Both the position numbers and the translations under genes were made by a program. From the NCBI GenBank assembly GCA_964430025.1, contig CAYSFA010000001.1:1-60698 (forward strand): DNA of 60,698 nucleotides, given 5' to 3'. Shown here one piece after another: positions 46,264 through 54,312 of the stretch (its first letter is position 1; each line of letters begins with the position of its first letter). Under the pieces are notes generated by a model. It had not been told where the DNA came from. It worked only from the letters and a program-made list of their open reading frames with translations, and did not search any database. The DNA is from an uncultured Anaerolineaceae bacterium (GTDB taxonomy: Bacteria > Chloroflexota > Anaerolineae > Anaerolineales > Anaerolineaceae).

Positions 46264-47205
46264 TTATTTCTGTTGGTATTTTTCTAGCACATCATGACAG
46301 AGAGAATGTGTTTTTAAGGCATCTTCGTAGCTGCTGAACACGAGCCCAGGATCATTTTTCTTAATAGCTTTAATAAACATTTTATCTTCACTCAGGAATG
46401 GATCATTCTTAACCTTTTTTTCATTTTTCTGATGGGATGATTCATAAATGACACTCGCCTGCGTGATGGTAATCATTGTGCCTTCACAAATAAGTTTTAC
46501 ATAAACATCGACGGGGCTCCCAAGTATACAGGTGGCTGAAAAAACACCTGGAGCTCCGGTTTCAAATCTAAGCAGCGCAGCGCTCACATCTGCAATATCT
46601 GAATCAGGAAAGCTGTTTCGTTTGTTCCTGTAACTTATCGAATCTACTAGATTCGCTTCACCAACCAGATAACGTGCCAAGTCAAATAAATGAGTTGCTT
46701 GCTCGACGATTTGCCCCCCACTAGTCTTTTGGTGTCGCCACCATTCTGGTGGAGGGGTTGAATCATGCCAGGCTGCCAACACCATACGGACAGGGTTATC
46801 CCTTATAAAATCCATCAACTCCGGAATAGTATCCATTGCCCGCCAATGATACCCAACCGCCGCGACAAGTCCTTTTTCATTTATTTTCTTGCCAATCTCT
46901 TCACCAGTATTGCGGTCGGCTGATAATGGTTTTTCAACAAAGATAGGGATCCCTCTGTCGACAAATGCCATTTCTATCTCTCCATGTTCTGCTGGGGGAA
47001 TAGTGATCCAAGCAGCATCAACTTCTTCATTTTTTAGTAGGTCACGAACAGAATAATATCCCCTTCCACCCCACCGTTTGATTGCTGTTTCTAATTCTTT
47101 CTGAATGGGAGAAACATGACCTATAATTTCTACCCCGTCTTCTTCTACCAACTTAGCCACGTGGCGATTTGCCACCCAACCAGCTCCTACAAACGCTATT
47201 TTCAT
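46264..47205 (-). CDS. Gfo/Idh/MocA-family oxidoreductase
   Basis: MKIAFVGAGWVANRH Rossmann N-terminus and an EKPL motif. ATG at 47205 is preceded by GGAGGAAG. Confidence 0.8.
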   Translation of the reverse strand: MKIAFVGAGWVANRHVAKLVEEDGVEIIGHVSPIQKELETAIKRWGGRGYYSVRDLLKNEEVDAAWITIPPAEHGEIEMAFVDRGIPIFVEKPLSADRNTGEEIGKKINEKGLVAAVGYHWRAMDTIPELMDFIRDNPVRMVLAAWHDSTPPPEWWRHQKTSGGQIVEQATHLFDLARYLVGEANLVDSISYRNKRNSFPDSDIADVSAALLRFETGAPGVFSATCILGSPVDVYVKLICEGTMITITQASVIYESSHQKNEKKVKNDPFLSEDKMFIKAIKKNDPGLVFSSYEDALKTHSLCHDVLEKYQQK

Positions 47206-47223
47206 AACTTCCTCCATGGAATA

Positions 47224-48255
47224 TCAATAATCAAAAATAACTTTAACTGAGCCACCAGGATCTACATCAAGATAACGATATGCTTCACTTGCATTACTGT
47301 AAGGAAATCGTTTTCCGATCATTGGAGTTGTTTGAAGCTTTTGTGTTTCCAGAAGATGAAGTGCTGTCTCTTCGACTCTCTTTAGATCCCACATCGGGTA
47401 ATTACGATGAGGCATGCCCCATACTGGCATACTCGAAACGAGAATGAGCCGGTTGTGATGCCATTCTGCTCCGAGATCAAGTTGATTTCCTTTTCCTTTA
47501 AAATAGCTCGCAGTTACCAATCGACCGCCCGGATGCACAGATCGAATGGCTGATTGTAAAGCACTGTAAGCACCAGATATTTCAATTGCAACATCCACGC
47601 CTTTGCCTTGTGTATCCTGCTTGATTTGCATTCCAACATCAGTTTGACTGGCATCAAAACACTCATCAGCCCCAAAAAGACCAGCTAACTCTAACCTTTG
47701 GGGAATTACATCAACAGCGAATATTTGTCTGGCTCCATTCAACCTGGCGATTTGTACGGCTAGGAGACCTAATGCACCAAGCCCAAAAACTGCTACATTA
47801 TCACCCACCTTAACTTGTGCATCATGGACTGCCTGTAAGGCGAAAATTGCAGGATCTGTGAAAAGAGCTGTTTCAGGTTCCATGCCCTCTTTAAGTAAAT
47901 ACAAGCTATCTTCTTTACATACATTGGTAGGTCGGTGTGGTAATCCACCATGAACAAGATCACCTATCTTAAATCTCTTTACCATCGGACCAGTTTCAAT
48001 TACATCTCCGGTGAGCCAAGAACCTAAATTACATGGATATAGACTATTTTGCTTTGTTGGTTTAAAAATTCGTAAATCCGCATCAAATAATTGGTTAAGA
48101 AATGGTGTCTTCCCTTGATACAATGCCATTTCAGTACCGGTTTTGATCCCGCTGACCAAACTTTTTACTCGCACTTCATCAGCCTGAAGTGGCAATTCTG
48201 AATACTCAGAAAATCGGATAGTTTCTGGAGCTGTAACAAGAAATTCATTCGGCAT
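47224..48255 (-). CDS. zinc-type medium-chain alcohol/sugar dehydrogenase (MDR)
   Basis: GDNVAVFGLGALGLLAVQIARLNGA cofactor motif and MDR-length protein. ATG at 48255 is preferred over the track GTG at 48270. Confidence 0.75.
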   Translation of the reverse strand: MPNEFLVTAPETIRFSEYSELPLQADEVRVKSLVSGIKTGTEMALYQGKTPFLNQLFDADLRIFKPTKQNSLYPCNLGSWLTGDVIETGPMVKRFKIGDLVHGGLPHRPTNVCKEDSLYLLKEGMEPETALFTDPAIFALQAVHDAQVKVGDNVAVFGLGALGLLAVQIARLNGARQIFAVDVIPQRLELAGLFGADECFDASQTDVGMQIKQDTQGKGVDVAIEISGAYSALQSAIRSVHPGGRLVTASYFKGKGNQLDLGAEWHHNRLILVSSMPVWGMPHRNYPMWDLKRVEETALHLLETQKLQTTPMIGKRFPYSNASEAYRYLDVDPGGSVKVIFDY

Positions 48256-48279
48256 ATTGGATCCCTTCACAAAGGGGTT

Positions 48280-49104
48280 TCACCCCTTAATAGCTCCAGC
48301 AGTCAATCCGCGCATGAATTGACTCTGGAAAATAATATAAATAATGATTAACGGTAAAGTGGCTAATGTAACGCCCGCTGCAACAAGCCCATAATTCATT
48401 GTATACCTACCGGAAAAAAACATTAGCCCAAGTGAAATAGGACGAAGTGTTTCTTCATTTAAGAATAAGAGCGGCATTAAAAATGCATTCCAGGTCCACA
48501 TAAATTGAAAAACGATTAAGGTGGAGACTGCAGGCCCAGCCAGGGGAAGCATAACTCTAAAAAAGACATCAAATTCCGTACAACCATCCACCCTTGCAGC
48601 ATCCGCTAAATCCATGGGTAGGTCATGAAAGAACGCCTGCATGAGGAATATACCAAAAGGTAACCCTAATGCTACAGCCGGTAGAATCATCGCCCAATAC
48701 GAACCTAACAGTTTAAGTTCTTGCAGGTTGTAATACATAGGGATCATGATGGACTGGAAAGGAACCATCAGTCCGATCAGGAAAATGAAAAACAGGATTT
48801 TTGAACCAAAAAATTTCAGTCTTCCAAAAGCATATCCCGCCAGACAGGAGAGTGCAACTACACCAGTAACTGTTGGAATCGTAACAATGATGGAGTTCCC
48901 AAAATACTTATTGAATCGTCCAACTGTCCAGGCTTTAATAAGGTTTTCCCAATGTAATATAGTCGGTAATGAAAAAGGGTCTTTGAAGATTTCTTCCGAT
49001 GATTTCAAAGCTGCCATCCACATCACAAGGATGGGTGTGATGCAGATGATTACAAAGATGAGCAGAATTCCATATTTTATGAAGCTTCCTGTCATTTTGT
49101 TCAT
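48280..49104 (-). CDS. carbohydrate ABC transporter permease
   Basis: EAA motif ADAARVDGCTEFDVFFRVMLPLAGP. Confidence 0.85.
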   Translation of the reverse strand: MNKMTGSFIKYGILLIFVIICITPILVMWMAALKSSEEIFKDPFSLPTILHWENLIKAWTVGRFNKYFGNSIIVTIPTVTGVVALSCLAGYAFGRLKFFGSKILFFIFLIGLMVPFQSIMIPMYYNLQELKLLGSYWAMILPAVALGLPFGIFLMQAFFHDLPMDLADAARVDGCTEFDVFFRVMLPLAGPAVSTLIVFQFMWTWNAFLMPLLFLNEETLRPISLGLMFFSGRYTMNYGLVAAGVTLATLPLIIIYIIFQSQFMRGLTAGAIKG

Positions 49105-49107
49105 AAT

Positions 49108-50025
49108 TCACGCCTTCGACCGTAATTTCAAAAATAATACTGAAGTAATCAAAGACAGAATGGTCATTACCATGGATAAAGCTGCTCCATAACCTACTGA
49201 ATTGAGTTGAAAGCTTTGTTTGTAGGTATAGGTAGCAATCAATTCTGTACTATTGGCTGGCCCTCCACCTGTCATGATGTAGACAATATCAAAGACATTT
49301 AAGCCACCAATCAATGTATAAGCAACGATCATCGTGAGCACACTGCTCAATTGTGGAATGGTGACATGAAAAAACTGCTGAAATGAGTTTGCTCCATCAA
49401 TATTGGCTGCATCATACAACTCGGTATCCACATTCTGCATCCCAGCCATCAGGATTACCAGACAAAATCCGAAGTAACTCCAAATTGCAGTGATCAATAC
49501 CATATAGAGAGCCAGAGTAGGATCACCTAACCATCCCCGACTGAGATGGCTAAATCCAAAAGTGCTTAAAATCCTGTTCAACATGCCATAAATAGGGTTA
49601 TATACCCAACCCCAAATGATGCCAATCACCACGGGAGAAAGCATTACAGGCATAAAATATATTGTCCGGAAAAAAGTTCTTCCTTTGGTATTTTTGCCAG
49701 ACAGTAATACTGCCAACAATAAACCTAAAATGATTGGAGCGATCGTTCCAATAATCACCCAAATGAAATTATTTTTGAGTGATTTCCACATCAGATCATC
49801 CTGAAGTAAATTTAAATAATTACCTAGCCCTACAAAATTTTTGACAGGGTTTATGCCATTCCAATCCGTTAAACTTATTTGGATAGATTGGACGAAAGGA
49901 ACAATAAAAAAAATGAAATATAGAATAAAAGCAGGCAAAACAAACAATACCCCATATTTGTTTTGATATATCCTTAACTTGAATCCATGAGAGGATTGAT
50001 TTTTCCTGCTCTTACGAAATTTCAT
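49108..50025 (-). CDS. carbohydrate ABC transporter permease
   Basis: EAA motif YDAANIDGANSFQQFFHVTIPQLS. Confidence 0.85.
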   Translation of the reverse strand: MKFRKSRKNQSSHGFKLRIYQNKYGVLFVLPAFILYFIFFIVPFVQSIQISLTDWNGINPVKNFVGLGNYLNLLQDDLMWKSLKNNFIWVIIGTIAPIILGLLLAVLLSGKNTKGRTFFRTIYFMPVMLSPVVIGIIWGWVYNPIYGMLNRILSTFGFSHLSRGWLGDPTLALYMVLITAIWSYFGFCLVILMAGMQNVDTELYDAANIDGANSFQQFFHVTIPQLSSVLTMIVAYTLIGGLNVFDIVYIMTGGGPANSTELIATYTYKQSFQLNSVGYGAALSMVMTILSLITSVLFLKLRSKA

Positions 50026-50112
50026 TCGTTTCCTCAGAACTTCGGTTTGGAGCGGGGAATCCTCATCCCCCGCTCCTTGCTCGTTTCCCGATTCGGTAAA
50101 TTGACTCGTGGA

Positions 50113-51402
50113 TTATTTTTTATCTGCTTCCCAAGCCGTCTGTAATTCCTCAACAAGTTGTTCAGGTGTTTTTAAACCTAACAAGACAGCTTGGTATCCA
50201 TCGCCTTGTAACGTATTAAAGTTATCACCTGCCAGCACATCGATGTTATACCCAAGTGGAACGGTAGTCACCGCATCCACAGCAAATTTCATCAGGGGTG
50301 AGAGATTCAAATCAGTAGTTGGGATGGTTACAGGCGGAATGATGGACAGATCTTCCAGCCATATTTTTCCACCATCTTCAGAAAACATGAAATCCAGAAA
50401 TTCGATGGCTTCCGTAGGATGTTGGGTCTTCGCATTAACAAAATAACCAGAACCCATCCCTCCTGGTGGCATGACAGGTTTTCCATCGATCGATGGGAAG
50501 AAAAAGAATCCCACTTCAAAATCTTTAGCATTATTAGACATTTCACTAAGCAACCAGGTGCCAGTGATATCCATTGCAGCTTGTCCTGAATAAAATACAG
50601 CATTTCCATCTTCATAGGAAATCGCGGTTGTATCTTTTAGGAAGTAACCAGCCTGGTTCAAATCTACGAAAAAGGTCTGGACCGTTTTAACAATGTCAGG
50701 ATCGTTCCAGCTTCCATCTCCATACAAAATTTGATCTAGTTTTTCTTTCCCGGCAATATTGTTGGCCATTATGCTGAACTGATGATAAGCAGGCCATTTA
50801 GGACCATCAGCGAAAGCAATGGGAGTATACCCAGCAGCTTTGGCTTTGTCACAGATATCGATAAACTCTTCAAAAGTTTTCGGTTCGGATACTCCTAACT
50901 CACTAAATATTTTTTTATTGTAATAAACTCCAATGAACTCAAGTTCATTGCCGATACCATAAGCTTTACCCCCAAAAGTTACCCTTTCTTTCGTCCAGTC
51001 AAAGATGCGATCATTCCATCCCTTTTCTGCATATGCATCGTCAAGAGGCAATAACAACCCTGCTTCTGACAAAACTCCAGCGTAGCCTGGGCCGGTATCA
51101 TAATAAATGATGTCTGGGCCATTTTCTGCTCCAAGTGCAGTCTGTACGACTGGTCTTAAGTTATCAATCGTTTGCGCATCCCGTTGGAATTCAACGTTTG
51201 GATGAGTTTCCTGAAATTTGGCAATCATCTTGTCCATCCCAGCACTTTGGCCTTCTTCTGTGAAGGTGTCCCAAACATGCAAAGTTATCTTTTCAGTTTG
51301 CACATCGGCATCTGGGTTCGATTGTGGTGTTTCACCTGGCTGACAGCCAAAGAGACTCAATGCCAGCATGAGGGCAAAACATAATGCAATTATCTTTTTC
51401 AT
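50113..51402 (-). CDS. ABC transporter sugar-binding lipoprotein
   Basis: MKKIIALCFALMLALSLFGC lipobox start at 51402, preceded by GGAGGAG. The track's 33-aa basic N-terminal extension to 51501 lacks an RBS and would bury the signal peptide. Confidence 0.85.
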   Translation of the reverse strand: MKKIIALCFALMLALSLFGCQPGETPQSNPDADVQTEKITLHVWDTFTEEGQSAGMDKMIAKFQETHPNVEFQRDAQTIDNLRPVVQTALGAENGPDIIYYDTGPGYAGVLSEAGLLLPLDDAYAEKGWNDRIFDWTKERVTFGGKAYGIGNELEFIGVYYNKKIFSELGVSEPKTFEEFIDICDKAKAAGYTPIAFADGPKWPAYHQFSIMANNIAGKEKLDQILYGDGSWNDPDIVKTVQTFFVDLNQAGYFLKDTTAISYEDGNAVFYSGQAAMDITGTWLLSEMSNNAKDFEVGFFFFPSIDGKPVMPPGGMGSGYFVNAKTQHPTEAIEFLDFMFSEDGGKIWLEDLSIIPPVTIPTTDLNLSPLMKFAVDAVTTVPLGYNIDVLAGDNFNTLQGDGYQAVLLGLKTPEQLVEELQTAWEADKK

Positions 51403-51532
51403 TTCTCCTCCTGAATGGTTAGTTGGATTAACAGTTGGTTTCGAACAAACAATCATCTTTCCTTTACTTTTTTTTCTTTTCTGTTTCCTCCTCTCAATCA
51501 TGCCCTGGTTGAAAAAATCACCTTCAAAATTA

Positions 51533-51552
51533 ATGTGTCATCGATGACACAT
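51533..51552. promoter_or_regulatory. LacI-family operator candidate, 20-bp perfect palindrome
   Basis: atgtgtcatc|gatgacacat with core TGTCATCGATGACA, which fits the TGWNANCGNTNWCA class. It lies 131 nt upstream of the SBP ATG. Confidence 0.7.
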
Positions 51553-51565
51553 AGTTGAAAAAAAA

Positions 51566-52600
51566 TTAAATTAATCGGGGTGTGCTGGTTGAAGATCTCA
51601 CCGTTAAACTGGTGGATAAATGCTCAACTCTGAAACCATCTTGGTGAGTATTTTTTCCAGCCAGTGCTTCAATAGCAATCCTAGCAGCGGTTTGACCAAT
51701 TTCAAACATAGGTTGCCTTACTGTGGTTAGTGGGGGTGAAAGGTATGGAGCATAGGTATCATCAAAACCTACCACGGAAATATCATGAGGTACACGTAAA
51801 TGGTGTTCATAGATTGCTTGCAAAACACCGGCTGCGAGAATATCACACGATGCGATGACCGCCGTTATTTCACCTTCTTTCAAAAATTTTTCCATAGCTT
51901 GGTAGCCATCTTCCACAGAATAATATTTACCTGTGGTATATAAATCATCAGAAGTTGTAATATTATTTTTTTTCAATGCATCTTGATACCCTGATAGGCG
52001 TTGTTCATCGACTGATATATCAGTCAGGTAACTTCGCGGATCCCCCCCAATATACCCAATTCGTTTGTGTCCTAAATTTATTAAATGCTCGGTTGCACTC
52101 ACCGCTCCACTGTAATTATCAACCAACACTTTGTGAGATTTCACTTTAGTTGGTCTTTCTACCTGGATGACAGGTATCTGAGCAGAAAGAGCAGTTTCAA
52201 CATTTTTAGGATCAATGGGGGTTGTGAATATAATGGCATCCACCTGTCTTTGCACAAATGTTTCAACTCCTAAAGCTTCTCGCATTGGGTCTTCAAAAAC
52301 ATTCCAGATCAATACACTGTAACCGTTTTGAATCGCTTCACTTTCAACGCCTAGTTCAACCCCAGCGAAAAAGGGGTTCGGCGAGATACTGGTGAGTAAA
52401 TGACCGATCGTTTTCGTTCGCTGCTGACGTAGGCTTTGCGCAAGAATATTAAGACGATACCCTGTTTTATGAATGGCCTCCTCTACCTGTTTTCGAGCAT
52501 CCTTCGAAACGAATCCACGCCCATGCAGCACACGAGCCACTGTGGCTGTGGATACCTGTGCTTCTCTAGCTACATCTTTTAAGGTGGGTTTTTTGGGCAT
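51566..52600 (-). CDS. LacI-family transcriptional regulator
   Basis: N-terminal HTH TLKDVAREAQVSTATVARVLHG followed by a periplasmic-binding-protein-like sugar-binding fold. Confidence 0.9.
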   Translation of the reverse strand: MPKKPTLKDVAREAQVSTATVARVLHGRGFVSKDARKQVEEAIHKTGYRLNILAQSLRQQRTKTIGHLLTSISPNPFFAGVELGVESEAIQNGYSVLIWNVFEDPMREALGVETFVQRQVDAIIFTTPIDPKNVETALSAQIPVIQVERPTKVKSHKVLVDNYSGAVSATEHLINLGHKRIGYIGGDPRSYLTDISVDEQRLSGYQDALKKNNITTSDDLYTTGKYYSVEDGYQAMEKFLKEGEITAVIASCDILAAGVLQAIYEHHLRVPHDISVVGFDDTYAPYLSPPLTTVRQPMFEIGQTAARIAIEALAGKNTHQDGFRVEHLSTSLTVRSSTSTPRLI

Positions 52601-52618
52601 TCAGTCTCCATTATAATT

Positions 52619-52634
52619 ATGTCATCGATGACAT
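52619..52634. promoter_or_regulatory. LacI-family operator candidate, 16-bp perfect palindrome (autoregulatory position)
   Basis: atgtcatcgatgacat, 19 nt upstream of the lacI-family ATG (52600). Confidence 0.7.
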
Positions 52635-52693
52635 TTTTTTATTATATCAACTAAATATTTGATGTCAAGAGGGTCCAGGCTGAATTAAGCTCA

Positions 52694-54040
52694 TCAAGAT
52701 TTAACCGCTTCCATCTTTTCAATTTTTTTGAGAACTTCATCATAACGGCTTTTGGATAATGGATAAATCAACAAAAAAATGTTCGCAATCAATATAAAAA
52801 TACCGGGAAGAACTCCAATCAGAAGCCGAATACCCAGGATAGATCTGCCCGTCTGCGCTACATCAGGGACATAACCAAATAATTCCAGTCCTTGCCCAAC
52901 CAAAAAACCAGCCAGTGCACCGCCTAACGCAATAACAAATGTCCACACACTGAAATACACTCCCTCACTTCGTTTTCCGGTTTGAGAGTAACCATACTCT
53001 ATGGTATCTGGCACAATTGCCCACGGACTAACATAGTGGGAAGCAAAACCAATCCCAGCTAATGCCATCAATAACAATCCTCCAATGGTTCCTAGCTTAT
53101 CAGCAAAAAAAGCAAAAATTAAAACTGAAGTTAAGGTTAATGTCATTCCTATAAAATATGCTTGTTTCTTGCCAATCTTTTTGCATAACCACACCCATAA
53201 TGGAATGGTGATCATACTCACGACTAGCAATGTGATCATTGCCAAAGTAACCGAATTTTCATCAAGAATTAGATACTTATAATAGTAAATCAACATCGTT
53301 TGCATGATCGCCACTGCAGTGGAGTTTGCAAACCAGGTGGACAGGATGATTACATAAGGACGGTTAGAAAACACCGATTTCAATGACTGAAAAACATTAC
53401 CACTAAGTTTTGCTTCTACCACATGTGGTTCTTTAACACTAATAAAGGTGATTATCAATGACAATGAGGCTAAAAACCCAAAGACAGCTGACATTCCAAT
53501 AAAGCCGGCAGTTCGACCAGAGAAAAGTGACATGAGAGGCATCGCTGCTCCAGCCCCCAGCAAGGTTCCAACCACTGCAAAAGACATTTTGTAACCTGAA
53601 ACATTTGCACGCTCATTATAATCACTCGTCAATTCCGGGAGGAGGGCATTATAAGGAATATTGGTGAATGAATAAACCGTACAGAAAAACACATAAGTGA
53701 GCATTGCCCAGATAAATTTCCCTGTTTGGCCATCTATCCCAGGATTTCGGAACATCAGCACAAATGCTACCCCGAATGGAATGGCAAAGAAAAGCAAATA
53801 CGGCCTCCGCCTCCCCCACCTCGACTTTGTGTGATCAGAAATCGAACCAATCAAGGGATCGATAATAGCATCCCAGATTTTGCCTACTAATAAAGCCGTC
53901 CCTGCCACTCCAGCGCTCAGACGGACTTCATCCGTAAGAAAATTCATCAACCAAAAAGAAGTTACCGTAAAAAAAATGTTGCTGCTGAATTCCCCTACAC
54001 CATACCCAAGTTTTGTTTTTAAAGAGAGCTTATTGTTCAT
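52694..54040 (-). CDS. glycoside-pentoside-hexuronide (GPH):cation symporter family transporter
   Basis: KLGYGVGEFSSNIFF and DPLIGSISDHTKSRWGRRRPYLL signature motifs; 12 TM. Confidence 0.85.
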   Translation of the reverse strand: MNNKLSLKTKLGYGVGEFSSNIFFTVTSFWLMNFLTDEVRLSAGVAGTALLVGKIWDAIIDPLIGSISDHTKSRWGRRRPYLLFFAIPFGVAFVLMFRNPGIDGQTGKFIWAMLTYVFFCTVYSFTNIPYNALLPELTSDYNERANVSGYKMSFAVVGTLLGAGAAMPLMSLFSGRTAGFIGMSAVFGFLASLSLIITFISVKEPHVVEAKLSGNVFQSLKSVFSNRPYVIILSTWFANSTAVAIMQTMLIYYYKYLILDENSVTLAMITLLVVSMITIPLWVWLCKKIGKKQAYFIGMTLTLTSVLIFAFFADKLGTIGGLLLMALAGIGFASHYVSPWAIVPDTIEYGYSQTGKRSEGVYFSVWTFVIALGGALAGFLVGQGLELFGYVPDVAQTGRSILGIRLLIGVLPGIFILIANIFLLIYPLSKSRYDEVLKKIEKMEAVKS

Positions 54041-54213
54041 TTCCTATTCCTGATTACGAATGAAAATTGATTCTGGATTAAATTGAGATGATTAAAAGTT
54101 CAGATCGAACCCGACGCCATTTGTTGTACAAAAATTGAGATTTTTTCCTAAGATTGTGAAAGTATTTGAATATGTAAGAAACGAATATTGCTGATGGGTT
54201 CGAATTTGGACAG

Positions 54214-54249
54214 TATAATAAATATGTCATCGATGACATATTTATTATA
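54214..54249. promoter_or_regulatory. LacI-family operator candidate embedded in a 36-bp perfect palindrome
   Basis: tataataaatatgtcatc|gatgacatatttattata, verified base by base. It lies 174 nt upstream of the GPH ATG and 64 nt downstream of the ATPase stop. Confidence 0.65.
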
Positions 54250-54312
54250 GCATTATATTAATCTCTGTCAATCATCAGTATTCTCGGATTTAATCTAATT
54301 CACAATGTGAGA

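Noticed and set aside
51403-51501. 33-aa basic N-terminal extension (MIERRKQKRKKSKGK...) of the sugar-binding protein in the ORF track.
   Set aside because: A strong GGAGGAG RBS precedes the internal ATG at 51402, which starts a textbook lipoprotein signal peptide. The extension would bury that signal.
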